Assembly (NCBI RefSeq): GCF_006345805.1
Contig: NC_043021.1
Location: forward strand, 10,974,001-11,038,000
Reading direction: 5' to 3'
Length of the DNA: 64,000 bases
Source: Octopus sinensis
Lineage: Eukaryota
Shown here: one piece after another, positions 60,952 to 64,000 of the stretch
Numbering within the stretch: position 1 is the stretch's first letter
Layout: each line of letters starts with the position of its first letter
Program-made: the position numbers and the translations under genes
The notes under the pieces: model-generated
Told to the model about the DNA's origin: nothing
Databases searched by the model: none
The model's input: only the letters and a program-made list of their open reading frames with translations

Positions 60952-62339
60952 CCGTAAATCCTCGAGTATAGTCCGCCCTTGAGTATAATATGCAGGTAAT
61001 TTTTAGGGGGCTGTACCTCTGAAAAACCTAAACCTTGTGTATAATACGCATCCGTTCTCTAACTTGAGTCAAGGAGGTCTATATAACGTCCTTGGTTTGT
61101 AAAACTGTATACGGTGACGTCCTTTATTATTATTGTATATATAACAGAGCTTTTCCTTTTGAACGGCATATGTCAACACAATTTCTAGTTAACTAAACAC
61201 TTTTAAACTTCGTATGCTGGTAGAATGTGTTTATAAAACATCATTTTTTCTTGGCTTTATTGAGAAGATTCTATAGTTTGTAAGATATTTCGTCTGAAAT
61301 TTCAAGCCTTTCGACAATTTTAACCAATCCCTGACCTCCATTTGCGGTGAAAACATACCGTGCTGTATGAATATGTCCCTCGCTTAAGAAACAGATTGGG
61401 TTTATTTACATTTGCGAAGAAAAAAAGATACCCTTCCTCCACCCCTAACCCTAACTCTAAAATAGATTGAAATGCAATAGATCGATACTAGGGTTATAAT
61501 TATGGGTGACATTTTCATTTGACACCGCTAGAAAAAAATCCCATTTTCCGTAGTGGTGTCGTATGAAATTGTCACCCATAATTATAACCCTAGTATCGAT
61601 CTATTGCATTTCAATCTATTTTAGATTTAGGATTAGAGTTAGGGGTGGGGGAAGGGTATATTTTTTTCTTCGCAAACGTAAATAAACCCAATCTGTTTCT
61701 TAAACGAGGGACATATTCATACAGCACGGAATGTTTTCACCCCAAATGGAGGTCAGCGATTGGTTAAAATTGCCGAAATGCTTGAAATTAAAGTGGAAAT
61801 ATGTTACAACATATAGAATTTTCTCAATAAAGCCAAGAAAAAATGATGTTTTATAAACACATTCTACCAGTATACGAAGTTTAAAAGTGTTTAGTTAACT
61901 AGAAATTGTGTTGACATGTGCTGTTCAACAGAAAAAGATCCTATATAACACAATGCAAACGTGTAGCTTTTTTGTGTATTTTGTTTGCAGAAAATAAAGA
62001 AATAACAGTAATAACGTTTAATAAATGTTGCTTACTGCAAGTTATGGATGATTCTTTTATGACTTCATTGCTTTCAGGATTAGATTAAGGTATTTTCATG
62101 CCCGACATCACAAAATGCGTCTGAATAAACATTGCCGGACAGCAAATAGAGACTCGGACATTGCTTAGAAAATAATTTTCATTTTTAACCTTGTGTATAG
62201 TACGCACTAAGGATTTTGACCTTTAAATTTTGGGGAAAATGCGGATTATACTCGAGGATTTAGGTCTTTCAGAGGTACAGCTCCCTAAAAATCCCCTGCG
62301 TATTATACTCAATGGCGGACTATACTCGAGAATTTACGG
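60952..62339. mobile_element. Tc2/pogo-like non-autonomous element (TA target)
   Basis: TA-CCGTAAATCCTCGAGTATAGTCCGCC / GGCGGACTATACTCGAGAATTTACGG-TT; TIR about 80 bp. Confidence 0.8.
61146..61941. mobile_element. 796-bp near-palindromic MITE (GGATCTTTT family)
   Basis: Exact 8-bp TSD TATATAAC (61138-61145, 61942-61949); arms about 390 bp around ~61540; ACCCTAACCCTAA motifs. Confidence 0.9.
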
Positions 62340-62974
62340 TTCTTTGTTTAAAGAAATTATTTACTTTGTGTAAAAATTATTTATTTTGTTTAAAAAAAAA
62401 ACCCTATTTGTTAAAAAAAAACAAACCTATCTTGCACTCGCGCTAGGTAGTCGTTTCAGGATCGACTAGTCACGACTAGCTAGCGCGGATGCGCGAGATC
62501 ACGAGTGCGCGCACCGGCACCATCCTTCTTAAATAGTACCACGAAAGAGTTAGTGCGTGAGTATTTGTGCATGTTTAGATAAATCGAAGAGAAAACTTGA
62601 GAGTAAGATAACAAGGCTGTATCATATATATTTCAGGATTAAATAAGAAAACACGGAAAATATGACGTACCTATAATTTTGAAAAAGAGGCATGTGCTAG
62701 AAATAACAGCCATATCTCTTAAATCGATGAATAAATAAACGAACGTATACTAAATGCACATATGTAATAAAGAGAAAAAAAACATTTCGATTCATTCGTC
62801 CACCAGTTTTAAAGATAATCAAACCAAAGTAATGAGTTCGAACCCGTCACTCAATGAGTATTTCTGCCACATTTGGAGAAAATCCCTTGTGTCGTGTCTG
62901 GGGAGAGTCATTTTCTTTTTGTACCTCATAATATAACACACTCACCGGTAAAATTTCCACTTATTTCTTACTTT

Positions 62975-63342
62975 GGATCTTTTTGGTTTGAACGGCAACT
63001 GGTAGAATGTGTTTATAAAACATCTTTTTCTCTTGGCTTTATTGAGAAAATTCTATAGTTTGTAAGATATTTGTTGTTGTTTTTTTTTCAATTTCTACAA
63101 TTTCAACCAATCACTGACGTCTATTGAGGTAAAAAAAACATTCTGTGTGGTATGAATATGTCCCTCGTTTAAGTAACAGATTGGGTTTATTTACATTTGT
63201 GAAGAAAAAAAGATACCCTTCCCCCCCACCTCTAACCCTAAAACAGATTGAAATGCAATAGATCGAGACTAGGGTCATAATTATGGGTGACAATTTCATA
63301 TGACACCGCTAGAAAACACTGCCATTCAAACCGAAAAGATCC
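62975..63342. mobile_element. GGATCTTTT-family MITE, single-arm form
   Basis: GGATCTTTTTGGTTTGAACGGC / GCCATTCAAACCGAAAAGATCC; exact TSD CTTACTTT. Confidence 0.9.
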
Positions 63343-63829
63343 CTTACTTTTATTTGCCTAAAATTTTCGTTGCGTCTTGCAACCTAATCAATAGTCCTGA
63401 CTCCCTTCTGTCGTTTCCCAGTAATTCTGCAAATACGGAGACAAAGAGACAAAAAAAAACAAAAAAAAACGAGCGACTACAATACCCTGGTTTCGCTTAC
63501 GCGCCCTGGGTAAATATAATATATATATTATATTGGGATTGTGCAACCTGAGATCCTTTCCTCTCCAGTTTCAGTATTAAAAAATGTGGTTGACATATTC
63601 ATTATCAGCTTTAAATACGAGAATGCAAATACTTATAATTCGCAGCAACAGTTTCTTTCTCCTATTTTTTAGAATCTTTACCTTGGTATTTAATGGCATT
63701 CCTTTATTTCTTATGTGACGTGATGAAATAATAGGAATATTGGATTAACTTAGTATGTATAGACACAGGCGTGGACGTGTTATTAAGAAACTTGCTTCTG
63801 AATGAACCCGGCTGGAAGAAAACCCATTG

Positions 63830-63862
<33 letters not shown>

Positions 63863-63934
63863 CTTGGTTTATGTCTATCATTGTTTGAATTATACAATAG
63901 TGGTTTTTCTCTAATTCATACACACACACACATT

Positions 63935-64000
63935 CTTTTATTCTTTTATGTGTTTCAGTCATTTGACTGGAGCCATACTGGAGCACCGCTTTTAGTCGAA
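63935..64000 (-). mobile_element. SINE family A 3' end (runs off the window)
   Basis: GTTTCAGTCATTTGACTG..GCCATACTGGAGCACCGC. Confidence 0.8.

Larger units (their letters stand above)
60812..62540. mobile_element. Outer palindromic GG...CC MITE hosting two nested insertions
   Basis: TIR GGTACTATTTAAGAAG / CTTCTTAAATAGTACC; inner arms AGTCGTGACTAGTCGATCCT / AGGATCGACTAGTCACGACT. Confidence 0.8.

Overview
Eukaryotic, AT-rich, microsatellite-dense DNA. The tRNA-derived SINE families resemble those I associate with Octopus/coleoid cephalopods (inference, not a database result). No complete host gene is visible; almost everything is mobile DNA. (1) 3.36-25.75 kb is a tandem array of about 128 copies of a 174-bp unit made of the 5' ~140 bp of the commonest local SINE plus ~34 bp resembling the left flank. 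Each unit carries an A box, a B-box-like motif and a TTTTT run, and shared variants recur at 13- and 15-unit spacings. (2) 50.87-57.0 kb is a near full-length Tx1/L1-clade LINE (CCHC ORF1; APE-RT-ZnF ORF2, broken only by small frameshifts) sitting inside a (TATC)n microsatellite. Its 3' terminal ~48 nt match the tail of a second abundant SINE family, which suggests a SINE/LINE partner pair. (3) The rest comprises four SINE families, Penelope-like remnants with minimal hammerhead ribozymes and fold-back palindromes, non-autonomous Helitrons and a PIF1 helicase relic, Tigger/mariner/Tc1/hAT/RTE/CR1 relics, and several GG...CC MITEs with 8-bp TSDs, including a three-level nested insertion. A few possible host exons are flagged at low confidence. 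Most supplied ORFs are microsatellite or repeat read-throughs. SINE family labels A-D are my own.
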